Below, in pieces: positions 1 to 13,800 of a stretch of 64,000 bases of DNA; the stretch's first letter is position 1; every line of letters begins with the position of its first letter. Source of the DNA: Eledone cirrhosa (taxonomy: Eukaryota). The stretch is from assembly GCA_964016885.1 (NCBI GenBank), contig OZ024745.1, positions 57,970,001-58,034,000 of the forward strand, given 5' to 3'. The notes under the pieces are model-generated. The model worked only from the letters and a program-made list of their open reading frames with translations, was not told the origin of the DNA and ran no database searches. A program made the position numbers and the translations under genes.

Positions 1-1126
1 CAAATAGTGGAATCAGTTTGCTGTGGCAGTGTAGTAGTTTAAACTATATACCACTTGTTTTTGTCCCTATTATTTAGTTGCTGGTGCTGCATGTCTTCAG
101 TAGTGACACAAATAATTTAGTGGTGTTGTTGCTATTGTTTACTTGTAGTCTACTTTCAAAGAACACAGCCATAGCCACGACCTGTTCTAACGATGATATC
201 AAAGTCTTTTTTATTCAGCTGTATTTTCTCTAGGTTCCAATGAAGCGTATTCTTCATTTTTCCGACATCTTGAGTTTCCACATTGATTCGTAGCATGAGA
301 GGCTATATTACTCATGTTTCTTCCTACTGAAATATATACTAAGTGAAAGAAATACCAACACACCTTGATACTACGTCGAATTCTTAACTTGCCGGAAAAT
401 TGCCTAATGCTCTTATGCTTCAAATAAGATTTACAGTAACAGAAATAACCATGGAAATATTACAAATATGATTTATTAACATTTTCATTCAACGTTCTTA
501 AATCACTCTATGTCGCGCTTTGATGCTAAATTTACCATAGGCCGATTAGGAATCGAAACCACATCCCAGTCATTGACCCACACCAAGTATGTCTCATGAA
601 ACTATAACACATATATAAAGAGATTTTGTAGCGTCTACAGAATTCTAATCTACCAGAGTCTTATATATATCGTTCTCATTCTATAAATATATAGTGCTTT
701 GCGTTCACAGAAAAATGCCTGCGTATTATAATTTAATTTCTAATAACTACACACTTACGTATCTGCGTTTCACCAACATATAAATAAAGGAACTTAAAGT
801 TCCATATTTGCACCAAATGAAAGAATAATTGTATTGCATTTGAAAATATAATTGTACACCATCTCAGAAACAGCAATGTACAACATTCAATTATCTATTG
901 TTTGTTTTATGAAGTAACCAAACATAATCAGCATAAGATAATAAAATATTTCTCTTCAGAATGTATTAGAATTGTTTGACTAGAGGGTAGGTCAAATTTA
1001 TTCGATGTTTACTTATATAGAATAGGTGAATATTTTATTGGAACTATTTCGAATGTAACAAGCAATTTAAATTGACGTTTTATTGACATCATGAAAGTAC
1101 GAATTTTTACACATTCCAGAACACAA

Positions 1127-1178
<52 letters not shown>

Positions 1179-1334
1179 TTTTTCTTCTTCTTCTTCTTCT
1201 TCTTCTTCTTCTTCTTCTTCTTCTTCTTCTTCTTCTTCTCCTTCTTCTTCTTCTTCTTCTTCTTCTTCTTCTTCTGCTACTCCTACTACTACTACGACTA
1301 CTACTCCTACTGCTACTACTACTACTACTACTAC
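1127..1334. repeat. Compound (CTA)n/(CTT)n microsatellite
   Basis: Directly visible triplet runs; explains the poly-T/L/S/R/V/E ORFs. Confidence 0.97.
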
Positions 1335-2007
1335 TTGAAGACAAGGGCATCTCATAAGGTTACATCTTGGAGAAGATTTCTTCAATATTTTAATAAGAGA
1401 GGAAGGGAAGTCATGTCTTGTCACATGTTTTCTTTTGAAGGGCTGAGGCGGAAGAGCCGGAATCTATGCCACGAATGCTCTAACGAATTCACCTTTCCAC
1501 CTTTTTATTTATCAAACCCGAGAGGATGGTGGGCAATGTGGACATTGGCTGGATTTGAATTCAATGCTCTGGGAGTCAAAAACAAACTCCGTCATTATTT
1601 GAAATGAAGCGTTAACGAATCCATCAGTTCCCTGATTCAATATTTCGCGAGTTATATAGATTTATGTACAATAGTGACCGGGTCAATCTTTATAGAGTGC
1701 TGACACAACAGATACAGATAAGCCAGCATATTTTTTTCCATCTAGTTTGATAGATTAATATAAGCCAAAAGTAAAAGAAGAGAACATCTAGAAAATGTAC
1801 AGAGAAGTGTGAGAGATCGACGGAAACAAAAAGTGTCAAGCTTGTCACTATATATTAATTTATTTAGACAAGGTCTACAGTCACTTTTGCTAGAGAGAGA
1901 AGTCGAAATCTATGTAAGTGGTGTTCAAAATTATATATTGAAAGGTATTTAATTTCGGTTTTTACTCTCTGTACCAGAATGTCATCTACTTTACACACAC
2001 AGAAACC

Positions 2008-2206
<199 letters not shown>

Positions 2207-3102
2207 CGAGTTGTGTCAGAAAAGTTCCAGGACTGATGTCACAAAAGATTTATTTCAAACCCAAACTTCACACTAAGTGTTTTCTCCTTCAAAGTAATCC
2301 CCCTGGAGTCTAATGCACTTTTCCATCCTTTTCTGCCCCGCTTGCATGCACTCCTAGAAGGATTCGTCCGGGATCTTCCGCAGTTCCGTTGTCACGGCCT
2401 TTTTGATGTCGTCCACGTCTTCAAAACGAGTCCCCTTGATGACCGCCTTGAGCATCCATGACTCATCACCGGTGATGACTGTCCCTAGCAAGTCTGGTAC
2501 GGTTTCAAGAAGCTCGAGGATGTCCTGGCACACTTGCATGCGTCGACCTTTCTGGTCATCGTTCAGCAGTTTGGGCACATCTTCGCGCAGACTTTCCGCA
2601 TGTCCAAATCTTCTGTGAGAATCTTCAAGACGCTGTCTCGATTCATGCCCAGCTCATTTGCCAACAGTCGAACAGTCAGCCGACGATCGCTACGCACCAT
2701 CTGCTTGACGCGCTCAACGTTGACCTCAGTCCTGGTTGTTGAGGGCCTTCCGCTCCTGGGGTCATCTTCCACGTCCTCGCTTCCTTCTTTAAACCTCTTG
2801 CACTACTCAAAAACACGTGAGCGTGACATCGTCTCATCTCCATAAACTTGCTGCAGCAATTCCAGCGCTTCTGACGGAGTTTTCCCCAACCGTTCGTTGC
2901 TCTGTGCTCATTGCATGACGACCTGAAACAGAGGACATGTATATAAAAGTATGAAGAAAAAAAGTTTGATCGCTGCAGAAAGCTAATATTAAAGTTATAT
3001 ACGCCAGTGGGATTACTTTGAATGAGAAAACTCTTAGTGTGAAGTTTGGGTTTGAAATAAATATTTTGTGACATCAGTCCTGGAACTGTTCTGACACACC
3101 TC

Positions 3103-3103
<1 letters not shown>
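2207..3103 (-). mobile_element. Internally deleted mariner (Tc1/mariner) DNA transposon with ~100-bp TIRs
   Basis: TA|CGAGTTGTGTCAGAAAAGTTCCAGGACTGATGTCAC at 2207 is mirrored by GTGACATCAGTCCTGGAACTGTTCTGACACACCTCG|TA ending 3103. Minus-strand fragments EDDPRSGRPST, RKVCAKM/PKLL, VITGDESW and KGTRFEDVDDIK are mariner transposase motifs; frameshifted, with most of the DDD core missing. Confidence 0.93.
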
Positions 3104-3170
<67 letters not shown>

Positions 3171-3175
<5 letters not shown>

Positions 3176-3573
3176 AAAAATAAAGATAGATGGCATGACA
3201 GGCCTTAACTATTGGGGTCGACTAGAAAAGCTCAAACTTTATTCTATCCAGCATCGCCGCGAGCGCAACATCATCTACATGATGTCGAAAATATTCCATC
3301 AGCATTGCCCAAATGATGCTGGCATCACCTTTAAGGTACACTCAAAGTTTAGGCCCCGTGCTATCCACTCCCAACAAAAATCACACTCGCATCTCATAAC
3401 AATACGACACAATTATTTCACCTCAATTAGCCCCGCTCTCTTTAACATTACACCAAAAGACTTTAAAACGGAAACAAACCCCATAAAGTTCAAGAAGTCT
3501 TTGGACAAATTCCTTCAAGAAATCCCGGATAAATCTCCTATACCAGGATATGTCTCCGTAAACAATAACTCTC

Positions 3574-3576
<3 letters not shown>
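3171..3576 (+). mobile_element. 5'-truncated CR1/L2-group LINE fragment (ORF2 C-terminus)
   Basis: [21 protein letters not shown]...[17 protein letters not shown]...NNSL resembles the C-terminus of CR1-like RT proteins; sits between (TA)n tracts. Confidence 0.75.
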
Positions 3577-3607
<31 letters not shown>

Positions 3608-3681
3608 TATTTATATATATTTGTGTGTGTGTGTGTATGTTTCTATGTGTATACATATATATATATGTGTGTGTGTATATA

Positions 3682-3755
<74 letters not shown>

Positions 3756-3842
3756 TGTGTGTGTATATATCTATCTATCTCTCTCTATATATATATAAAA
3801 TTGAAAACGAAGAATCAGTGATGCATCCGAACTCAATTTATT

Positions 3843-3937
3843 ACGTGTCATAATTGTTTCCCCGGCGAACAGCTCGAGGTTCGATCTCTGTGTGTGGATC
3901 TAACCTGACTCTGGATTCGCAAGTTCCTCAGACACGT
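3843..3937 (-). ncRNA. Degenerate Penelope-type hammerhead motif with long stem II
   Basis: Minus strand ACGTGT-CTGAGGA-long stem-GAAA-CAATTA-TG-ACACGT-AATAAA; G at the cleavage position suggests it is inactive. Confidence 0.55.
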
Positions 3938-4076
3938 CTAGTGGTTTAGGAGCAAATCCTCTTTGTCTCGGGTTCCGACGTTACGAGTCTATATCATCCG
4001 CCTTCATCCTGTTTGCACGTCCTTAGATTGGTCAGTGGTTAGTGACGTCATCATAGTTCTGACCAGAAATTAGTTA

Positions 4077-4581
<505 letters not shown>

Positions 4582-7500
4582 TATAAATATATATATTAAG
4601 ACAATATACTATGGGAAATCATCAGAAACATTAGAGCGTGTGATGATATGCCTTTATGGCTATGTTAGAAATATATTAGATGCACCTTGTATCAACATTA
4701 GAGAACCCACTATGATAATTATATTACCATATTTATTGCTGATTTCAAAATAATTCACTTCAAAAAGGGCACATATAATTTATAACATCCAATTACACAA
4801 TCATACATATTTTAAAATATCTTTATGTATTCTGTTTTTTTTTATATTGTAAACAGTAATTTCAGAGAACGTTTACTACTTTTATAGTGGTTTGATCGAG
4901 AAAGCAATCGTCCTCATTGGCTCATTTTAATTTTTATTGTACTGGGGAATATTTTAATATTGCTATCACTGCTAGAATATCAATAATATTAAAAGCTGAT
5001 ATTAAAGTTAATACTAATGTCATTCTTTGTGTTTCTAGCTTAAGCTATATCTCTAACACTATTCCTGCTGCTACTACTGTTACTGGTGCTGCTGTTGTTG
5101 TTGCAATTGACGTAGGAGATTACTACAACAAATTATCAATTGCATTGAATTCTACAGATGTTGGTCAAGAATGCGATCCTATGTGTTGATACCTTTTTCA
5201 AGTGAATTATAAAGATGTTAAGAGAATCCTATCATGTATCCATACCAGCTAAAAATGAGAGCTCATCCTACTTAAATTTGACGTCTTACAAAAACAAGGA
5301 ACATACTGGATAAAAGGGTTGTGCAATCATAGTTGACCTATGTCGAATTATCAACAGCTACAACAGGTACTAGACTGCCATATACAGCATGATAAATCAA
5401 TAATTAAACGATGATTTCGTATGGTGTCTCTATAAGCTAAAATAAGAGCCACATTCGAACCCGAAAAGCTGAAATACAAACATGACATCTGCTGGTCTTG
5501 AATTCCAAATGTAAAAAGAGTTAACGAAATGCAGTTTGTCAAATTTCACTCGGAGTAATTTATCCACCCTCGGTGACATCAAGTTTCGTGAAGATTTAGA
5601 AGTGTGGAGACTTTTCTGTAACTGGATCATCTTACATATGGCACTGACGTCGTTTTCAATCTTGACAATGTGCATAGAACTGTTGGACCTTTTGAATTCT
5701 TCCTCCTGAAATTCTCAGCAGTTGAGCATTCCACAAACATGTGTACGCTTAACAAGATTTTCTGGTCGAATCAGTCTGACTGGATTTTTAAATTAGAGGA
5801 ACAAGGCAAATAGGAATACAGATCATAGTACAAGTATTCACTTTACTTACGGATTCTAAACCAATGAACGTCAACGTTAAACTCGGAATTGTTTGAATTC
5901 AGAGAGCCGGAAAGACATTTTATCTAACGTTCCAACGCTTTTTGCCAATTCAGCGTCTGTGTCAATGAAGTAGACTAGCAACTACACATGATAGGCCAGT
6001 AATCTAACTGGCGTTCGTTTTAGTTAGACCAAGTTTTCTCAGCGTGGAGAAACCTATGATAAAGGGCATTCCTGTTATGATAGTTCTGCATCTTTTCGTT
6101 CAGACATATCTCCTTATCCAATGTGTGTTTCTTTGTTTAAATCGATAGAGCGGGATTTGGGATATATGGCTACACATTCTTCCTAGAGTAGCAGTAGCAA
6201 TGTTGCTGATATTGTTTTTGCTCTTGTTGTTGTTGTTCTTCTTCTTCTTGTCCAGGTCAGCTCTAATCAAGTAAACTTACGATAAGATATTTCAAGTAAT
6301 GATCTTTTCTATTTGAAGATGGTTTAATGTTTTTCAAGGAGAACTGGCAACTATATTTATCAAGTCTAACAGCCAGCTAAGGGCTTGCTAGTTACCTGGA
6401 GGATGGTTAAAATGATACTGTAATGGATTATCAACAATAAATTCTATAGCAAATGTAGGTGCTAAAATAATTAATGTAGTGATCCAATACTTTTTTATTA
6501 TTTGAAACTATACACAGCATGATGTAAACATCATTAGCTTAAAATATAACCCTAGTTAAAAAAAGACAGGGAAGAACATGAGATGATATAAGATTAATTG
6601 TAATTACTTTGATAACTTCAGACATATTTCGATGTTATTAGATCTCAGACATAAGATTTGCTGCAATGATTCCCAATATTTAAAGTTCTTCAAAGCTTAC
6701 CCCAGCTAAGCCTTGTTCAAATAAAAAAAAATGATTAAAAGTCGTCTAGTCAGAAATACCATTTCATTTTTCTTTTTTCAGTCATTTGATTTAGTACTAT
6801 ATCATCAAATGCGTACATAACATGTTAAAGATGGTACAGTTTGTTTTCAGTGATATTTTACATTTAATTTTAGGTGGGTCTGTCATCTTCAACAAACTTC
6901 TCTAGTTCTTTTCTGAAATGTTTATGTTATCTAATGAGATTGCCTTTAGGAAATGTTTTACCAAACTTAATCACGACCTTTTGCTTTGAATTTCCTTTCA
7001 AAACTATAGAAACAATACATTTAGTTATCAATAAATTAACCGTGATAATCCACACATCTCTACTTTTTCCCATTATATAAACCTTTATCATTTGAATTCT
7101 TAACAGCAACGATCCATGCCATTTTATTTCTCCGTGATTCTCAAATATTTCCTACAGCTGAATTCTCTAACTAAGCCGAATCTCATCTTTAATGTTCTAT
7201 ATCCTATACAATTAATCAGTTGTCTAAGTTACGTCATACCATCGGATATAATAGACGCAGAATTGCGAGGGTGAATAATTAACGTTTGAAATGGTTTCTT
7301 TGAATCTGCTTGCTCATATTACTACAAGGTATCTGATGACCAGTAGCCATCTAATTCAGCACGTAAGTTGCTAATTATTTATTTGTTGTACGACTTGTAC
7401 ATTTCAATTAACCTTTCTGGAAAACTAGACGGAACTTCCATTGGTATCGCTCTTTTAGTTGTCAAATGATTACAGCATCCAACGGGAAACTGACGCGTTT

Positions 7501-8580
7501 TCGTTACATTCAAATTACTGCTTCTGTTACTCTTATCATAAATTCCTTATGGCCCATTTCACTAAGCAGATAACACCTGTTATAACAATATTCTGTGTCA
7601 GGAAAAGCACACAAGTGTTCCCTTCTCATTTGTTTATTTTTTGTTTTATTTTTTTGGTGGGGTGAGTTAATGGGTCTGGAAATTACAGTGATTGCATTTA
7701 GAATGATCTGCATATCTTATTTTTCCAGTTTTGTATTTGTTGTTTGATAAGCAAGATATATTACTCGGAGTATAGAACAATTAACCTGGTTTTAAATAGA
7801 TATTTATAATCATAATTCATAACGGCTGACAGAGGGAACACTGGCTAGCTTCATTAGGTGCAGTGTTCATATTAAATTTGCCTTGCATGTGATTTTTGGA
7901 AGGGCGTGTGTTACGCATGACTGGTGAAAATTTGCAACATTATTTTAATTGAAGCGTCTGATAGATTGCCTTGCAAAATTGAATCTGGTTGAAAAGACTT
8001 TCAGTCTTCAGAGACGAATAAAAAAAATACCAACCTAATACTAGGACTGGGTCTGATCTACCTCTCTCGCCCTACCTTTCTCTCTCCCTCTCCCTCTCTC
8101 TCTCTCTGTATATATACGTATATATGTGTGTGTGTGTCTGTGTGGGTGTGTATGCATGTATCTTAGTACCACGATGGTCATTACTGAGTTCCCCTTGTAT
8201 TATGATAATCCTGGAGAAAATAAGAGGTGTGCTTATTAATTCCACGCACGCAAATGCCCATTTCTTCAGTTGTAGGAGTTCACAAGCCATAATATTAGAT
8301 TATTTCTAAGCGCTGATTCAGTTCACGAATTACTTTACACGGATATGGTTCTGTGAAATATTCAGTCGCCTACACGTAAATTCCATGAGTATGGATTAGA
8401 TTGGTCGTATGATGAGAAACTCCTTCATATGAATATATCAAGAACTGTGGGCAGCAATTCATTCCTCTATACTATGTGTGTATGTATATCTTCCAATTAT
8501 TATTATTTTTTTTTTTTTTTTTTTACTATTCTTTGTCTCTTCCTTTCGCTCACTATCTCTTCTCTCTATCTATTCATCTG

Positions 8581-8642
<62 letters not shown>
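8581..8642 (+). repeat. (TCTA)n tract at the 5' boundary of array 1
   Basis: Pure TCTA run immediately before element A1. Confidence 0.95.
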
Positions 8643-8875
8643 AATCTAGCTGTCGTCTGTTCTACAGTGTGGATGTCATTCACTTCGCACAGAAGTTTTG
8701 TTCAAATTTATTGAGGAAATTTTGTGAGTTCAAACTTAATTTTGATACAATTGTGTAGCTTGACCCTCCGTCTGAACTGTCAGGCGGTGGGTCAGCTCAT
8801 CTTTACCCCTCCTAGAGGTGAAAAACCTGTTTTAAAAAAAAAATTTGTGTAAAAAATTTCAATCGTCTAACAGAA

Positions 8876-10777
8876 ATGTTAAACGTAGCGAACGAAAATA
8901 GTGGTGGGGGGACAGCGGTAAGAGTTGTAAGCTCGCACGCTTTAGTCCTCCCTTCCTTCCCAACTAACGTCATAGAGAAGGAAGGAAAAATTAAAATAAA
9001 AACAGACGAATCTGCGGAGAAAAAATTAAATGACGAAAACACAAATCTGGACTTGGATTCCAACAACGAAAAAAAAAAATTTGAAAAATTGCATGACAAT
9101 ACTAATAACACAAACAAAGACACAACAAACACAAAAATAACAGTTGAAAATAACACCATATCAGAAAACAAAGCAGACGACAAGATTTCATTTGCACAGA
9201 AAACAAAGAAATCTTTGACTTATATAGCGGAAAACATTTCAGATGTGGTACGAAGGATCACGGACGCCAAACAATGCATAAGTGAAGGAGAGAATGGTAT
9301 TTTATCGGTAAAAATACCTCAAGAATTCACGAAAGACATTGAAAGCCGAACGGTCAAGTTTCGGACCATCAACAACAGTACAAAAAAACCTGAACAGCCT
9401 TCTCAAGCAGACATCAAAACAGTACTCACAGAAGTACTTAATGAAACCACTTTCATAAGAAAAGACAGACTGTATGGAAGCCTAGCAATTATCATGAAGA
9501 ACGAATCGGCGGCAAAAAAATGTGCTTTGTCACCGATTCGTTCGAAAAATTTCACCTTTTATCCATCTTATATGGGGAAAAGAACTCAACGCATATGGCT
9601 GGATGCAATGATGCCAGATGTGGACTACTGCTGGCTCATAGCTGGCTTCATCGATCCAGTGAATGACAACGTGATTTCCATTGGGAAAACCACAGGCAAT
9701 GCGTTCAGTGGAACAGGTATAGAGCTGGTAGTACAAATGAAGCCTGAACGCATCGCCCAAATACCCGACAGAATCCTATTAGAGGACCACGGGTATATAA
9801 ACATTAGCGTGGAGGGGAGAAGGCCGTCCTGCCATATCTGTGCAGGCAGAGGGCACCTGAAGGCCGCTTGTCCCCAACTCAACAAAAAGAAAACCCTGCT
9901 ACCAACACCAGCTCCACCACCACCACCACAACAGATAAACAAACAACAAAACTCAGTCCCACCCAACCCGTCCCTCAGTAAAACCACAACACCACCACAA
10001 CACAAACAGTCACAACACATTACCCCAAAACAAAATACAGGCCCACCCAACCTCTCACTCAATAAAACAACACAACCACCGCAGACACAACACACAACAC
10101 AGTCTAACATAGTGACATCCATCTCCCCCACAAAGAAAACCAGCACGGAAACATTACCAGCAAACATACCTCTTCCCTCCAACACTGAAGATAACCCAAC
10201 GAATTCGGAGGAAGAAACGGAGTCCTTCAGACAGATTAAAAGGAAAAAAAGAAAACATGTGCAAAACACACAAGGACAAACAACCCCCACCCAAATCTCA
10301 ACACAATCCAACAAAACAGAAAACACCCCTCCAGCAACAAACAAAACCAAACCTGCCCCTCCCCTCTTCGAAACACTCACACCATCGGAAAAATAGACAT
10401 TACACTATACTTACATCAACAGAAACAATAATAAATTAAATGAACTCATATACAATAATCCTTCGGTACAAACCGAAGGTGTAAACTTTGTTTCGTCAGA
10501 AAACTACCCACATTTAAAACTAATAAAGATCCCAATGAACCTCTACCAAAAACTAAAAAAGGATTTTAAGGAGGACGTAGGACCACCCTCTGTCAAACCC
10601 ATAAACCGCGTCCTACTAAAAAGCTTTCCCCCTCCCCTTCCCCTCCCCAACACAACTCCAAACACCCCAACCCCACCACACACTGACGACCCCACACCAC
10701 CACAAGACACCCCTTCACCCAACACCCCCGACCCCATGGAAGTCGTGCAACCCGAACCCCGGGAAGCGGAAAGGTAG
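8876..10777 (+). pseudogene. A1 ORF1 (gag-like, one CCHC zinc knuckle) with a single premature stop
   Basis: CHICAGRGHLKAAC = CX2CX4HX4C; TAG at 10394-10396 is AAG in copy A2, and the frame continues to ...PREAER*. Confidence 0.88.
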
Positions 10778-10810
10778 GTCTCTACACTCTCCTTTGGCTC
10801 TGCCGCCCAC

Positions 10811-13800
10811 ATGGATGTGTTAAGAGTAGGATGTTTGAATGCACGTGGCCTGGGCTCAACTTGGAAGCAAGCAAAGCTTCTAAATGACCTCAGGTCATAT
10901 AGTATAAATGTAATGGTTATCTGTGAGACTCGAATCAGCGTCTTGCGGCAGCTGGCCCCCACCTTCGATGACTTTGAGGTGCATGCATCTCTCTGTCAAC
11001 CTGGAGGTGGGGGTGGGGTTGTCGTACTGCTGCAAAAACACCTGGGTCTTGCCGTACAGGTTGTGCACTCGGACCCGGAGGGTCGTTTGTTGGTGCTAGA
11101 CGTTGGCAGTAGTGAAAGTGCGGCCTTGAGACTGGTCGTCGTCTACTCCCCTTTCGGAGCTGAACGGCCCGACTTCTTCCAGCGTTTGGAGACTTTCCTG
11201 GGAACGTCGCGTTCCCTGCTTCTAGCGGGGGATTGGAATGACATCCTGGATGCACGTTGGGACTATGCAGGAGCATGTCCTAATAGAGGGGGGTGTAACA
11301 GCCTCAAGGGGTTACTCGACCGTTTTAACTTGGTCGATAGATATCGACTAGATTTTCCAACTGTGCCTACCTGGACTTGGAGAAACCACAGTGGTCAATC
11401 TAGATCGTACTTAGATAGATTCTTAGTTAGAAGTAAGGATAGGGACATATTAAGCTGTCCAGAAATGCGCACGGTTGGCTACACGGATCACAAATTAGTG
11501 ACCTGCGTGGTCAATCTCGAGAAAACACATAGACAGGGTCCCGGTTACTGGAAACTTAATTTGTCTTTACCGGCAAAAGAGACTTACAGAAACCGGATTA
11601 GCAGATTAGTTAAGGAGAGGTTGACGGGTGCAATCGTCAACAACCGATGGTGGGCATCTCTCAAAAGAGAGATTAGAACAGAATCAATAAGTTATAGCAA
11701 GATGTTAGCTGCCGATAGGAATAGAAACGAGAAAGAATTAACAGGTAAATTAGAAGAGGCAATCAAGAGCGAAGATGTGGCCAGAGTGCTGGCATCGAGG
11801 ACGGCCTTGAACCAGTTTTTCGATGCAAAGCACGAAGGCTGCGTCATTCGAAGTAAAATACGTGCTCTAGGTAATGAGGGGGCCAAAGCCGTTGGATGGG
11901 CCCGCGTGACAGAAGCTAAGAGTGGAAATCGATCCACCATCCGGTCGTTGCAAGACGAAGATGGGCGGGTGATCCGGGAGCCTAAGCAGATGTGCGAGGC
12001 CTTTCAAAGGCACTTTGCCCGATTGTTCGGGGGAGGCGAAGGTCCGGGCGGGGGCGTGGATTTCGGTCCATACCTCGACGGCCTGCCGCGTCTCTCGAAT
12101 GAAGACGCAGAGTCCTGCGAGGGACCAATCTCGGCTGATGAGATCGGAGATGCGCTGAGCCAATGCAGCAGACGCAAATCTCCAGGTCTCGATGGTATAC
12201 CTTACGAACTTTATTTAGCAATGCCGGTCTTCTTCTCCGAACTCCTCGAAGCGGTCTACTTCAATTGGCAGCAGAACGGGAGAATTCCTTGTTCTGTAGC
12301 CAAGGGCGTAGTCACGCTGGTGAGGAAGGACGAGAACAAGGGGGATAGTATAAATAATTTTCGGCCCATAACCCTGCTAAACACAGAGTTAAAGATTTTG
12401 GCCAAGGTGTTAGCAAAGAGGTTGGCGCTTGTCGTGGGTGGCCTGGTGGGAGATGCGCAGACATGTGCTATCCCATCCAGGTCCATTCACGATAACCTCC
12501 ACCTCATGCGATACATCATAGAGAGGGTTGGCAACAAACCCGGCTTCGGTGGGGCCCTGATCAACTTAGATCAGTCTAAGGCCTTCGATAGGGTCGACCA
12601 TGGTTACCTGGATGCGGTGCTAGCGGCGGCTGGGTTCGGTCCTGTTTGCAGAGGCTGGATCACTGCCCTACATAGCAACCACATCTGTTCTAGGATCAAG
12701 GTGAACGGCTACCTTTCGAAGCCGTTCGAAATCACACGATCCATTCGACAGGGGTGCCCTCTCTCCTCCCTTCTGTACGTATTGACTCTCGAGCCTTTAC
12801 TGAGGAAGTTGGAGTTGTTGCAGGGTATACCCCTGGAACCAGGATTGAGCAAAGCGGTGTCGGCCTACGCCGATGACGTAACAGTAATGGTATCAACCGA
12901 CTCGGAGATCGAGGCGATCGGTACCTTACTGGAGGAGTACGAAAGGTTGTCAGGAGCGAAACTGAACCGGGAAAAATCCATCGGGCTGCAACTCGGAACG
13001 TGGAGAGGCAGACCGATGCCTCCTCACGGTGTCGTCGGACACTGGACGGAGGGCCCGGTAAAGTTGCTTGGGGTCTGGTTTGGACCGGACCTCCAGGTGG
13101 AAAAGAACTGGAACGAGGTTACGAAAAAGGTGTTTGCACTAACCCAGAAATGGGACAAGTGTAAGCTGTCCCTAAAAGGCCGGGCGGAGGTGGCGAACAT
13201 TTACATAGCGTCCGTCACTTACTACCGCCTGACTGTCGTGTCTTGCCCTAAGGAAACACTCACCACCATGGAACGCATGCTCTTCCAATTTCTTTGGAAG
13301 AAGCGTCCTCCTATGGTGAGAAGATCCATCTGCTGCCAACAACCTTCGAAAGGAGGGCTGGGGATGCTGTGGTTGATGATGCGTAGGCACGCATTAAGGC
13401 TACGGCACCTACAGGTATTCCTCACTGGTCAACCGGTATGGGCTCCGTTCGTGAAACGAGCCTTTCCGAGACTCGTCTCGCTCACCGAGCTACAGTCCTG
13501 GGTCAAGCAAAGATCTGGAAAACTGGGAGACTGGCACACTGAGTGTGCCCAGGCGCTCAGGGCTCTCTGGCAAGCGGGCCAGGCCATCGGTGGAGAATCC
13601 ACCTCATCATTCTATAGAGGGCTGGTGGCTAGCAGGGGCGATGACACCCTTGGAGAGTCGCTGGACATGGAAGAAGACGAACTGGCCAGCCTGTTCGGTA
13701 GGACTTTCGGCCCAGGACCAATGGACAACTTCCAGAAGTCACTGGCCTGGCAGTGCTTCCGGGGGGCTCTACCCGTTCGAGAGAGGCTCTACAGACACGG

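Noticed and set aside
5351-7713. Short ORFs in unique AT-rich sequence
   Set aside because: No recognisable motifs, non-ATG starts or flanking stops; no support for coding function
10775-10813. Stop-codon readthrough producing an ORF1-ORF2 fusion
   Set aside because: The 33-nt spacer is in frame and open in A, but B has an in-frame TAA in it and the C spacer is 41 nt, so it is not conserved
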